A stretch of DNA of 64,000 nt. Source: Chloroflexota bacterium. Lineage in GTDB: Bacteria; Chloroflexota; UBA11872; VXOZ01. The notes under the pieces are model-generated. The model had not been told where the DNA came from. It ran no database searches and saw only the letters and a list, made by a program, of their open reading frames with translations. Below, piece by piece: positions 10,886 through 19,458 of the stretch (position 1 is the stretch's first letter; each line of letters begins with the position of its first letter). The position numbers and the translations under genes were made by a program. The stretch is taken from NCBI GenBank assembly GCA_963663275.1, contig OY760183.1, positions 512,001-576,000 of the forward strand. The letters run 5' to 3'.

Positions 10886-11694
10886 CGGCGGAGGCGCGCC
10901 TGGTTGATTTCCGCGTGGAGGGCGGCGGCCGCCCGCGCCGCTGCCTCGGCAAAGTCACGCCCATTGCCGGCGTAGAGGATGCTGCGCGAGGCGTTGATGA
11001 GCATAGGCGCGGAAGCGCCAGCAGCCCGCACCGACGCTTGCAGGTCGCCGCCCTGCGCGCCGATGCCCGGGATCAGCAGCGGCAGTTCCGGCGCGGCCTG
11101 GCGTACCCGCGCCAACTCGTCAGGGTACGTCGCGCCCGCAACCAAGCCGCAATTCTCGTTCTCGTTCCACGACTGCACTGCTGCGGCCACTGTGAGATAG
11201 AGGGGGTCTCCCGTTTGGCTGCGCACGTCCTGGAACTCCGGCGCGCCTGGATTGGACGTGCGGCAGAGCACAAAGACGCCATTCTCCGCACGATTGAGGA
11301 AGGGCGCCAGCGCCTCGGCGCCAAGATAGGGGTGCACGGTGGTGGCGTCAAAACCCAGCACGTCGAATATGGCTCTGGCGTAGTGGACGTTCGTGGAGTC
11401 CATATCGCCGCGCTTGGCATCGTCAATTGTGATCACGTCAGGTGGAATGTGCTGCCGAACCGCTTGCAGCGCGTCCAGGCCCCACGCGCCCATACTCTCG
11501 AAAAAAGCGGAATTGGGCTTGTAGGCGGCGGCGTATTGGTGGGTGGCCGCGATGATTTCGCGGCAAAAGATAATTACGCCTTCTTTGTTCGGCGGTACTC
11601 CTGTCGGCATGCGCGACACGTCCACGTCAAGGCCGATGCAGAGCGCGCTATTCTTGTCGGCGCATACTTGGCTCAGGCGGTCATTGAAATTCAT
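10882..11694 (-). CDS. pyrF: Orotidine-5'-phosphate decarboxylase (type 2)
   Basis: LCIGLD, AYKPNSAFFE, DAKRGD, TVHPYLG, LCRTSNPG, LIPGIGAQGG and INASRSILYA. Confidence 0.95.
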   Translation of the reverse strand: MNFNDRLSQVCADKNSALCIGLDVDVSRMPTGVPPNKEGVIIFCREIIAATHQYAAAYKPNSAFFESMGAWGLDALQAVRQHIPPDVITIDDAKRGDMDSTNVHYARAIFDVLGFDATTVHPYLGAEALAPFLNRAENGVFVLCRTSNPGAPEFQDVRSQTGDPLYLTVAAAVQSWNENENCGLVAGATYPDELARVRQAAPELPLLIPGIGAQGGDLQASVRAAGASAPMLINASRSILYAGNGRDFAEAAARAAAALHAEINQARLRR

Positions 11695-11715
11695 GAAGTT
11701 GCGCTTCTCCTCGCG

Positions 11716-12600
11716 CTAGCGCAAATTGAGCATCCGGTAGCCCGCGGCTTCGAAGTGGCGCTGTCCCCACTGGCTGATGAGATATTTCGAAAACTGCGAG
11801 AGCGTGACCGGATACCTGGTTACCCGCGCCGTGCCGGCGTAGTAGATGATCGGACGGTGCGCCTGCTCCGGCACGGGAGCCTGAATGCGGATGCTGCTTT
11901 CAGCCTCGCCGCTGTCGTCTTCAGCGCCGCCGCTGCCGTCCTCAGCCTCGCCGCTGCTATCCACAGGCTCGCTGCCCGATGACGAATAGAGAAAGGCCGC
12001 GTCCACCTTGCCGTCAATCAGCCGCTCCCTCAGTTCGCGCTCGTCTTTGCTCTTTGACCGTTTCGACGCCAAGGCTTCCCACAGTTCCAGGCTTTCCAGG
12101 GCCTGCCGCGAGTACGCGCCCAGCGACGACTGCTCCCAATCGGCAATGCCCACGCGCCGCACGTCGTCGCGCAGGAGGTCTCGCGCGGTGTGCAGTTCCA
12201 GCGGGCTGTCGCCGGCGGTGGCAATCACCAGCCAGTTGGACGCAATGGGGCGCATGCTGCCAATCTGGATGTGCCCGGCTTCCACCAGCGGCACGGCAAA
12301 GGTGTCACCCGCCAGCAAGACGGCGTCGAAGCGCTTGCCCCGCAAGACCGACTTCATGATAGCGCCGGAGGAGAGCAGCGAGACCGAGAGCAGCACGTGG
12401 GGATTGGCCTTCTCGAAATCGGCCTTCAGCGCGGGCGTTGCGGGCGCCAGGCTGGCGTCGGCCAGCGCGGTAATGCGCTCGCGGTCGTCCGGACGCAGCA
12501 GCGTCCGCGCGCCTTCCAGCGGGCCGCACGCGGCGGCGGCCAGGCCGAGCGGGGCCGCGGCTTTCCAGGCGGTCCTCAACACTGTACGCCGGTCGCTCAT
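11716..12600 (-). CDS. ModA-like molybdate/tungstate-binding Tat lipoprotein (divergent)
   Basis: RRTVL..AAAC signal; ADASL, SSG, ASNWLVI, GAYSRQALE, VDAAFLYSS and HRPIIY. No modBC in the window. Confidence 0.75.
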   Translation of the reverse strand: MSDRRTVLRTAWKAAAPLGLAAAACGPLEGARTLLRPDDRERITALADASLAPATPALKADFEKANPHVLLSVSLLSSGAIMKSVLRGKRFDAVLLAGDTFAVPLVEAGHIQIGSMRPIASNWLVIATAGDSPLELHTARDLLRDDVRRVGIADWEQSSLGAYSRQALESLELWEALASKRSKSKDERELRERLIDGKVDAAFLYSSSGSEPVDSSGEAEDGSGGAEDDSGEAESSIRIQAPVPEQAHRPIIYYAGTARVTRYPVTLSQFSKYLISQWGQRHFEAAGYRMLNLR

Positions 12601-12677
12601 CGCGGATTCACCGTCCCTTGCCTTGCGCGCGCCGCCCGCGCAACGCGCCGCAATCCGGCCGCGCCGCCAAAGTCGCG

Positions 12678-14177
12678 TCACTCCGCCGCGAAGTCGCGCC
12701 GGACGCGCTCCCCAAAGTCGTGCGCTTCCTCAGTGTACGTGGCGAAAGGATCCGGCATCTCCAGCACCCGGCCGCGCGCGGCGATCGCCTTCCAATCCAG
12801 CACGTAGGGAATCACGTCCCAGCTATCGTTGGCGGCCACGTCCTGCCAATCGTCCACGTAGTCGTAGGCCAGGAAGAAGTAGCGGCGGTCCCACATCAGG
12901 TTTTCCAGGTTCGTGCGCAGGTCCTGCCAGGGGATGGCCGTATCCACGCCGGCCGCGGCCAGGGCCCTTAGCGCCGCGCCGCGGCCGTGGGCGCGGGTAT
13001 CGGCAGGCGGGCGGGTTTCCGCCGCGTAGACGGCCTCATCCTCCGCCCAGTAGAGGTTGCGCTGCCGCTTTGCCAGCACGTCGAAGAGGCTGATCGACGG
13101 GTCGATCTGGTGATAGGAGAGATCCAGCTTAATCAGGTCCGGGTCGGTCCAGGCCGTGCCGGCGCCGGCAAAGCGCTTGAGTTGCTCGTGCTTGGTCACC
13201 CAATCCAGGTAGCCGTCCAGCCGCGCCGGATCGCGCTCCAGTTCGTCCAACACCCAGGCCCAGTTCTCCAGCGTCCACACCGTATCCGCGTCGCGCCCGC
13301 CAAAGCGGCGTTCGGCTTCGCGCAGGTAGCGGCGCTGCACCTCGGTGGCGGGTATGTATTCGTCCGTTTCCGTGCCCACGGTCCACTTGCCGCCGGTGGT
13401 GCCGGCAATGCGGCGCAAGTCGCGCACCGGATCGGCCAGCGCGAGTTGGGGGCTCCAGCCTTGCTCCAGCAGTTGGGCGGCCAGCGCGGTGGCGCCGATC
13501 TTCAACGCGGTGGTGAACTCGGAACGATTCACGTCGCCCACGATCACGTGCAGGCGCCGGTACTCCCGTCCCGCCAGCGGCTCGTCGCGCAGATTGATGA
13601 TCGGCCGGCCGCCAAACCGCACCCGGTGGCTCACGTCCAGCGTGACGAACTGCGCCCGCTGCGAGAGCGCGAACGCGGCCGGCGTGTCCTTGCCGCGCGG
13701 CAACAGGCAGCCGGCCCCGGCGTAGATCTGGCGGGTGACGAGAAACGGCAACATGCCGTCCACCAGTTCGCGGTCGTACGGGCTCTGGCGGATGCAGTAG
13801 TTCTCGTGGTAGCCGAACGTATGGCCGAAGTAGTCGGTGTTGTTCTTGACGAAGAAGGCCTGGGACTCAAGCTCGGCGGCGCGCACGGCCTCGTTGATGA
13901 TGTGCTCGCCGGCGCGTTCGTGGGCCACCACGTCGGTCAGGGTGCGGCACTCGGCGGTGGCGTGCTCCAGGTGGCCGAGGTCGAGATACATGCGCCCGCC
14001 GTTGAAGAGAAAGCCGCCGTTCCCCGGCGCTTCCCCCCATTCCCGGGGCGGCGGGTCGATCAGGCCGTGGCGGCACCCGCGAAAGATGGCGTCCTTGACC
14101 AATACCGCCGCCCGCACGGGCTGCACGCTGCCCACGCAGCCATACTCGATCTCTGTGCCGAACAGTGCGTCATCCAT
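12678..14177 (-). CDS. pafA: Pup/UBact-protein ligase (PafA family)
   Basis: GTEIEYG, GGFLFNGGRMYLDLGHLEHATAEC, KNNTD, GYHENY, LSQRA, RPIINLRDEP, RRLHVIVGD, LDWVTK, DLSYH and TRAHGRG. Confidence 0.9.
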   Translation of the reverse strand: MDDALFGTEIEYGCVGSVQPVRAAVLVKDAIFRGCRHGLIDPPPREWGEAPGNGGFLFNGGRMYLDLGHLEHATAECRTLTDVVAHERAGEHIINEAVRAAELESQAFFVKNNTDYFGHTFGYHENYCIRQSPYDRELVDGMLPFLVTRQIYAGAGCLLPRGKDTPAAFALSQRAQFVTLDVSHRVRFGGRPIINLRDEPLAGREYRRLHVIVGDVNRSEFTTALKIGATALAAQLLEQGWSPQLALADPVRDLRRIAGTTGGKWTVGTETDEYIPATEVQRRYLREAERRFGGRDADTVWTLENWAWVLDELERDPARLDGYLDWVTKHEQLKRFAGAGTAWTDPDLIKLDLSYHQIDPSISLFDVLAKRQRNLYWAEDEAVYAAETRPPADTRAHGRGAALRALAAAGVDTAIPWQDLRTNLENLMWDRRYFFLAYDYVDDWQDVAANDSWDVIPYVLDWKAIAARGRVLEMPDPFATYTEEAHDFGERVRRDFAAE

Positions 14178-14204
14178 GCCTGCTCTACCCAAAGAAGCGC
14201 GCGG

Positions 14205-14441
14205 CTACTCGCCGCCGGGCTGCGGCGTGGGATCGGGCACTTCCCGAATGATGCGCCGGATTTCCTCGTCCAGATCGTCGGTTTCGGTCTTTTCCGGCGC
14301 TTCCGTAGGCGATTTCGTCGGCGTTTCCGTCGGCGCTTCGGTGCCCGCCCGCGCCGGACGGAACCCGCGTTCCGCCGCGGCCTCACGCGCCGCGCCGGCA
14401 GCGAATCCTCGCCACGGTCCGTTTTCAGCATACCACGTCAC
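14205..14441 (-). CDS. Small Pup-like protein modifier, 78 aa, C-terminal GGE
   Basis: AGGAGG 6 nt before GTG 14441, which overlaps the dop stop (GTGA). Low-complexity, disorder-prone sequence ending DDLDEEIRRIIREVPDPTPQPGGE; sits between dop and pafA. Confidence 0.85.
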   Translation of the reverse strand: MTWYAENGPWRGFAAGAAREAAAERGFRPARAGTEAPTETPTKSPTEAPEKTETDDLDEEIRRIIREVPDPTPQPGGE

Positions 14442-16051
14442 GTGCCGCCTCCTTGTTGTATTGCGTGGTGGAGTTCCTCGATAGTCTGGCACGCATCCAC
14501 CAACGCTTGTTGTCGAGCCACCGTCTCGCCCCAGAGTTCGGGCAGGGCCAGGGTGAAGGGCGTGCCGTTGTGTTGAAACGTGATCGAGCCCCACTCCATG
14601 GCGCTGACGTGGGGCGCGAATTTGGCCAGGCAGGCCGCCCGGACGCCGGCGCGGGTGCCCGCGGGCGCGGCGGTTTCCGCGTGCGCGATGTCCGCGTCGC
14701 TCACGATGCGCCGCATCCGGCCGGCGCGAACGAGCATGTGGTAGAGGCTCACCGCCGGATCAACCAGGTGGTAGGCCAGATCGAGCCGCAGCGCCGTCGG
14801 GTCTTCCCAATCGACGCGCGCGCCGCCGCCTTCGTCGGAGACGCCGCCTTCGTCGGAGACGCCGCCTTCGTCGGAGACGCCCATCTGGGCGAAGAGCGCC
14901 AGTTTGGCCGCCCAGTCCGCGCGGTCGCGCAGGCGCGCCGGGTTCGAGTCCAGCAGGTCGAGAACCGCGCCCCACTCGTCCAGCACCCAATCGGTTTCGG
15001 CGTCGCGGCCCCGGAAGCGCAGCACCGCCTCCCAATAGCGGCGCTGCACGTCCACCGCGCGGATGGTCGTGCCGTCGTCCAGCGCCAGCGGCCGCTTGAA
15101 CTCCAGATCGCGTGAGACTGTTTGCAGCGCCTGCACCGGGCGCCGCAGCCGCAGTCGCGGCGCCGCGCCTTGCTCTACCAGGTCGAGCATCAGGGCCGTG
15201 GCCCCCACGCGCAGGGCCGTGGCGAACTCGCTGCAATTGGCGTCGCCGATGATCACGTGCAGGCGGCGGTATTTCTCCGCGTTGGCGTGGGGCTCGTCGC
15301 GGGTATTGAATATGGGGCGCTGGGTGGTGGTATTAATGCCCACCTCGGTCTCGAAGAAGTCCGCCCGTTGGCTGAGCTGGAAACCGCCGCTGCGCCCGCC
15401 TGCCGAATCGCGCGTCTCGTACGAACGTGGCCGTTCGTGCGAACCCGGCGCTTCGTGCGCCGCCTTGCCCGCTCCCGCGTAGATCTGGCGGGTAACGAAG
15501 AAGGGAATGCACGCGCCGATCAGGTCGTGCAGCGGCACGGCGCGGCTCACCAGGTAGTTCTCGTGGCAGCCGTAACTGCGCCCGTGGTAGTCGGTGTTGT
15601 TCTTGACCAGGCGCACCCGGTCCGCTTGGCCGCCGGCGGCGTTGCGCGCCTGCTGCGCCCGCCAGGCCACGCGCTCGCCGGCCTTGTCCTGGGCAACCAG
15701 GTCGTGCAGGGAGAGACAGGCGTCCGTGCAGTATTCCGGGTGATTGTGATCATTGTAGAAGCGCGCGCCGTTGGGCAGCACGGTGTCGGCCAGGAGTTCC
15801 TGCCGGCTGAGCCGCTTGCTCTTGGCATTGTTGCCGCGCAGGTCGTGAGGATCGTGGTCCAGGCGCGCGACCCGCGTGCCGCGCAGGTCTACCCGCGGAT
15901 CCTCGGCGGTGTAGTCCCAGCCGCGAAAGACCGCGCCCGCCAGCGGCGCGCCGCGCACGAGCATGGCGGCCTCGTAGGCAAAGTCCACCGCCTGCGCGCC
16001 ATTAGCGCATATCATGCCGTACTCGGTTTCGATCCCCACGGGTCGATTCAT
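14438..16051 (-). CDS. dop: Depupylase/deamidase Dop (PafA2 family)
   Basis: GIETEYG, WDYTAEDPRVDLRG (Dop loop), NGARFYNDHNHPEY, SYGCHENY, LSQRADFF, RPIFNTRDEPHA and TRAGVR. Confidence 0.92.
   Translation of the reverse strand: MNRPVGIETEYGMICANGAQAVDFAYEAAMLVRGAPLAGAVFRGWDYTAEDPRVDLRGTRVARLDHDPHDLRGNNAKSKRLSRQELLADTVLPNGARFYNDHNHPEYCTDACLSLHDLVAQDKAGERVAWRAQQARNAAGGQADRVRLVKNNTDYHGRSYGCHENYLVSRAVPLHDLIGACIPFFVTRQIYAGAGKAAHEAPGSHERPRSYETRDSAGGRSGGFQLSQRADFFETEVGINTTTQRPIFNTRDEPHANAEKYRRLHVIIGDANCSEFATALRVGATALMLDLVEQGAAPRLRLRRPVQALQTVSRDLEFKRPLALDDGTTIRAVDVQRRYWEAVLRFRGRDAETDWVLDEWGAVLDLLDSNPARLRDRADWAAKLALFAQMGVSDEGGVSDEGGVSDEGGGARVDWEDPTALRLDLAYHLVDPAVSLYHMLVRAGRMRRIVSDADIAHAETAAPAGTRAGVRAACLAKFAPHVSAMEWGSITFQHNGTPFTLALPELWGETVARQQALVDACQTIEELHHAIQQGGGT
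14825..14878 (+). repeat. In-frame 18-bp tandem repeat x3 inside dop (GVSDEG)
   Basis: Three perfect copies of GCCGCCTTCGTCGGAGAC. Confidence 0.95.
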
Positions 16052-16052
16052 C

Positions 16053-16142
16053 GTTACCCTTCGGTACCGCGTTACCCTTCGGTACCGTGCTGCCTCTCGG
16101 TACCGTGCTGCCTCTCGGTACCGTGCTGCCTCTCGGCTTCAC
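16053..16142. repeat. 18-bp tandem repeat x5 directly upstream of dop
   Basis: GTTACCCTTCGGTACCGY x2, then GCTGCCTCTCGGTACCGT x2 plus a degenerate fifth unit. Confidence 0.9.
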
Positions 16143-16278
16143 GTTGCCTGCGGTGTCGCGCTACTTGCGGTATGGTGTTGCCCTGCCCTGCCGCGTCACC
16201 TGCGACAACGCGCTGCCTTACGGCGCTGTGTTACGTTGCGGCGCCGCTGTCGTTTCCGCCTCCGCCATTCCATTTCCT

Positions 16279-16287
16279 AGTATAGCA
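16279..16287 (-). promoter_or_regulatory. Extended -10 promoter (TGcTATACT) for the dop operon
   Basis: Matches TGnTAnnnT on the minus strand, about 230 nt upstream of dop. Confidence 0.5.
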
Positions 16288-16387
16288 AGCCGCGAAACGT
16301 GTAACCCATCAGCCCGAACACGTGCATCGATTTCCCAGCCATGTAGAATAGAAGCAGCAAGAAACGCTCCATGCAGCCAGGAGCCAC

Positions 16388-16505
16388 CGCCAAGCGCCCA
16401 AATAGGGGAGGCCAGCACCCAAAGAGGATAGGCAAGCGCCCCAAGAGGACAGGCAAGCGCCCCAAGAAGGCAGGCAAGCGCCCAAAGTTCGGGACAAGCG
16501 CCCAG
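16388..16505. repeat. 21-bp tandem repeat (~5.5 units)
   Basis: GGCAAGCGCCCCAAGAGGAYA-like units. Confidence 0.85.
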
Positions 16506-16624
16506 CGTGGAGGACACCCTTGGTTCCCTCTATCTGGGTGGGCCGCTTGCACATCCAGTCCCCTCTCCCCGAGGGAGAGGGTTAGGGTGAGGGTGAATCC
16601 GGGCAGCACAGAAAGCTCAACCAC

Positions 16625-17596
16625 ATGACCCTGCGAGAACTCTACGACACCGCCATCGAAATCGGCCGCGAGGTCGACCCGCGCGGGCGCGAGGCGCTGG
16701 ACCGCCAGCTTGAGGAGCGGCGGCAAGAGTACGCCGCGCTGCCGGAATGGCGCAAACCCTACTACGACCGGGAGCGGTTCAACAATCCCTACGGCGACGT
16801 GCGCATCGTCAACGGTCCCGAGGACACCGAACTCGATACGATTTTGTTAGGCATCAACATCTGGACGCAGGAACTGCTGCTGGCCGACCACCTGCGCAGC
16901 GGCGGCGCGCGGGTGGACGCGGTGATTTCCCACCACACCAACAGCATCGGCGTGCCGGCGGACACCCTGATCTATGACTCCGTGCCGTATCTGGTAGACC
17001 TGCTGGCAAGCGCCGGGGTGGCCCGCGCGGACGCCAAGCCGCACGTCGAGGCCATGATGAACGAGCGTTGGCTCGCCGCCGAAGACTTCAACCGCATCGG
17101 CAGGGACACGGCGGAGTTGCTCGGTTTTCCGTTGGCCTGCATCCATACCCCGGCGGACTTTCACCACGGCATCGGCGTGCGCGGCGCGATCGAGGCCGCG
17201 CGGGCCGCAACGGTAGGCGACGTGGTGGAGGCGCTGCTGGCCCTGCCGGAGTTCCAGGGCGCGGCCCGCATCGGGGCCATTCCGCGCATCCTGGCCGGCG
17301 ACGCCGCGCAACCCGCGGGCCGCATCTTCCACCAGGACGGCGGCGGCTGGCTCTTTCCGGCGGACGTGATTCCCCTGCTCAAGGAGGCCGGCGTCGGCAC
17401 GTTCGTCACCATCGGCTGTTCGCCCGCCCACCAGCGGCAAGCCCGGGAACTCGGCATGAACTGGGTGCGCATGCCCCACGGCGCGTGCGACAACGTGGGC
17501 CTCAACCTCCTGCTCGACAAAGTGGAGCAACGCCTCGGCCCGCTGAACGTGATACCGTGCAACTACTTCGAACGGATCAAGCGCAACGGCAACTAA
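16625..17596 (+). CDS. NIF3-like (NGG1p-interacting factor) dimetal protein, paralog 1
   Basis: DPRG, NPYGDVRI, ELLLADHL, SHH, CIHTPAD and PHGACDNVGLNLLLD. Confidence 0.75.
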   Translation: MTLRELYDTAIEIGREVDPRGREALDRQLEERRQEYAALPEWRKPYYDRERFNNPYGDVRIVNGPEDTELDTILLGINIWTQELLLADHLRSGGARVDAVISHHTNSIGVPADTLIYDSVPYLVDLLASAGVARADAKPHVEAMMNERWLAAEDFNRIGRDTAELLGFPLACIHTPADFHHGIGVRGAIEAARAATVGDVVEALLALPEFQGAARIGAIPRILAGDAAQPAGRIFHQDGGGWLFPADVIPLLKEAGVGTFVTIGCSPAHQRQARELGMNWVRMPHGACDNVGLNLLLDKVEQRLGPLNVIPCNYFERIKRNGN

Positions 17597-17668
17597 TTCC
17601 AACCTGGCGCGGGGGCTTGTATCTGACGTTGCCCCATTGGGGCCTGCCCCCGACGTTGCCGCATCACC

Positions 17669-17738
17669 GTAGCGCGGGGGCTCGTCCCCCGCACATGGAT
17701 ATACTCGACGCCACGTAGCGCGGGGGCTTGTCCCCCGC
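17669..17738 (+). repeat. GTAG-type REP GTAGCGCGGGGGCTTGTCCCCCGC
   Basis: Two copies here; the family recurs at ~27877-27975, 32065, 34268, 35824, 49626, 54920-55280 and 58370. Confidence 0.85.
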
Positions 17739-17847
17739 TCTTCGTAAGAGCAAACTTCCGTCTCCGTTGGCGGACGAACCAAACCGGGTTTGCCCTCGCC
17801 CCGGCCCTCACCCGGGCGGGCAACAGGGGCAGATCGGAAAGCGTGAC

Positions 17848-18867
17848 ATGGCAACCTTACGCGCTCTCTATGACACCTCCATCGCGATCGGCCGAGAGCT
17901 TGACCCCAGAGGCCAGGCGGCCATCCAGCGCCAGTTGCGGCAGCGCCGCGACGAGTACGCCGCGCTGCCCGCCTGGCAGCAGGCGTTCTACGACCGGGAG
18001 CGCTTTCGCAATCCCTATGGCGACGTGCGCATCGTCCACGGCCCGGACGACACGCCCATTCACACCGCGTTGGTGGGCATCAACCTGCACGTGCCGGAGA
18101 TGCTGCTGGGGGAGGCGCTTGCGTCCAGAGGCGTCAAAATCGACGCTTTCCTGTCCCACCATACGAACAGCGTCGGCATTTCCGCCTCGCTGGTGGCCGA
18201 CTTCATGGAGATCAACGCCGACTACCTCATCTGGGAAGGCGTGCCGCCGGACGCGGCGCGGGCGTGCATCGCCGGCTACATGGCGGAACGCCTGCAAGCG
18301 CACGAAGACGTGCACCGCATCGGACCCGACACGGCCGCGCTGCTGGGCTATCCGCTCGCCTGCATCCACACGCCGGTCGACCTGGCGCACCGCCAGTACA
18401 TCAACGCGCTCTTTGCGCGGGAGAAGCCGCCGACCGTCGGCGCAATCGTCGAACTCATGCTGACGCTGCCGGAGATGCAAGAAGCCGCGCACATCGGCGC
18501 CATGCCCCGCATCATGGTTGGCGAGCCGGCGCAGCCCGCCGGACGCATCCACGCCAAGTTCGCCGGCGGCTACGCCTATCCGCCCGGCGCTTTTCCGCTG
18601 CTGGCGCGGGCCGGCGTGAACACCGTGGTGCAGGTTTCGGCGCAAGCGGCCACCGTTGACGCCTGCCGCGCGCACGGCATCGCCCTGGTGCGCCTGCCCC
18701 ACTACGCCACGGACAACATCGGCCAGAACCTGCTGCTGGACGAACTCATGCGCCGCCTGGAGCCGTTCGACGTGATTCCCTGCAACTACTTTGGCCGGGT
18801 AGACCGCGCGGGAGACCTGGCGGCGTTGCTGGCTGCGGGCCCTATCATCAGAACCCTGGGGGGCTGA
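17848..18867 (+). CDS. NIF3-like dimetal protein, paralog 2
   Basis: ATG 17848; colinear with paralog 1 (YDRERFRNPYGDVRIV, SHHTNS, CIHTPVD, PHYATDNIGQNLLLD). Confidence 0.75.
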   Translation: MATLRALYDTSIAIGRELDPRGQAAIQRQLRQRRDEYAALPAWQQAFYDRERFRNPYGDVRIVHGPDDTPIHTALVGINLHVPEMLLGEALASRGVKIDAFLSHHTNSVGISASLVADFMEINADYLIWEGVPPDAARACIAGYMAERLQAHEDVHRIGPDTAALLGYPLACIHTPVDLAHRQYINALFAREKPPTVGAIVELMLTLPEMQEAAHIGAMPRIMVGEPAQPAGRIHAKFAGGYAYPPGAFPLLARAGVNTVVQVSAQAATVDACRAHGIALVRLPHYATDNIGQNLLLDELMRRLEPFDVIPCNYFGRVDRAGDLAALLAAGPIIRTLGG

Positions 18868-18906
18868 GCGGCTGAGACTGGTGACAGTCCGCAGCCACAC
18901 CCCGAG

Positions 18907-19392
18907 GAGACCTTTGCGTAACCTTGGGCAGCGCTCCTTCTGCTCCCTCTCCCTGGGCTGACAGGGGTAGGCACGTGTCATTCCGAGCGGAGCGAGGAAT
19001 CTAGAAGAGAAATTCTTGCAGGGAAAGCCTTAGATTCCTCTCTCCGCTGCGCTCCGCTCGGAATGACACGTGAAGTCGGATGTAGAATGCCTACCCCTGT
19101 CAGTTCTCCCTGGGAGACCTTGCATAACTCTGTCATTCCGGTGAAAACCGGAATCCAGAGCGCTTTTACAAAAAAAGCGCATGGTTTCAAGCCATTTCAC
19201 CCCCCATCCCAACCTTCCCCCCAATGGGGAAGGGGTTACGCAAAGGTCTCCCTGGGGTGAGGGGAATCCTCGTCGGTTCCGCCTCATTTTGCAAGGCTTG
19301 GGTATGAGCCGCCGCATAATCTCCCCTCACCCTAAACCTCTCCCCGGTGAGAGGGAACTTTTCGCCTCTCAGCGAGGTTACGCAAAGGTCTT
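18907..19392. mobile_element. Nested MITE cluster (outer GAGACC-ended element containing MITE-B 18955-19106 and MITE-A 19114-19250)
   Basis: Outer ends GAGACCTTTGCGTAACC and GGTTACGCAAAGGTCTT, flanks CCGAG/CTGAG. MITE-B duplication TCCCT; MITE-A duplication CCTGG. Confidence 0.8.
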
Positions 19393-19458
19393 CTGAGGAG
19401 GGATTCTACGGCCGTGCTGATTGAGCCAATCAACCGGCGCTCTTGGTTCTATATCGCG

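Noticed and set aside
14442-14594. 129-aa version of the modifier ORF
   Set aside because: It overlaps the dop 3' end; AGGAGG plus the GTGA overlap supports a start at 14441.
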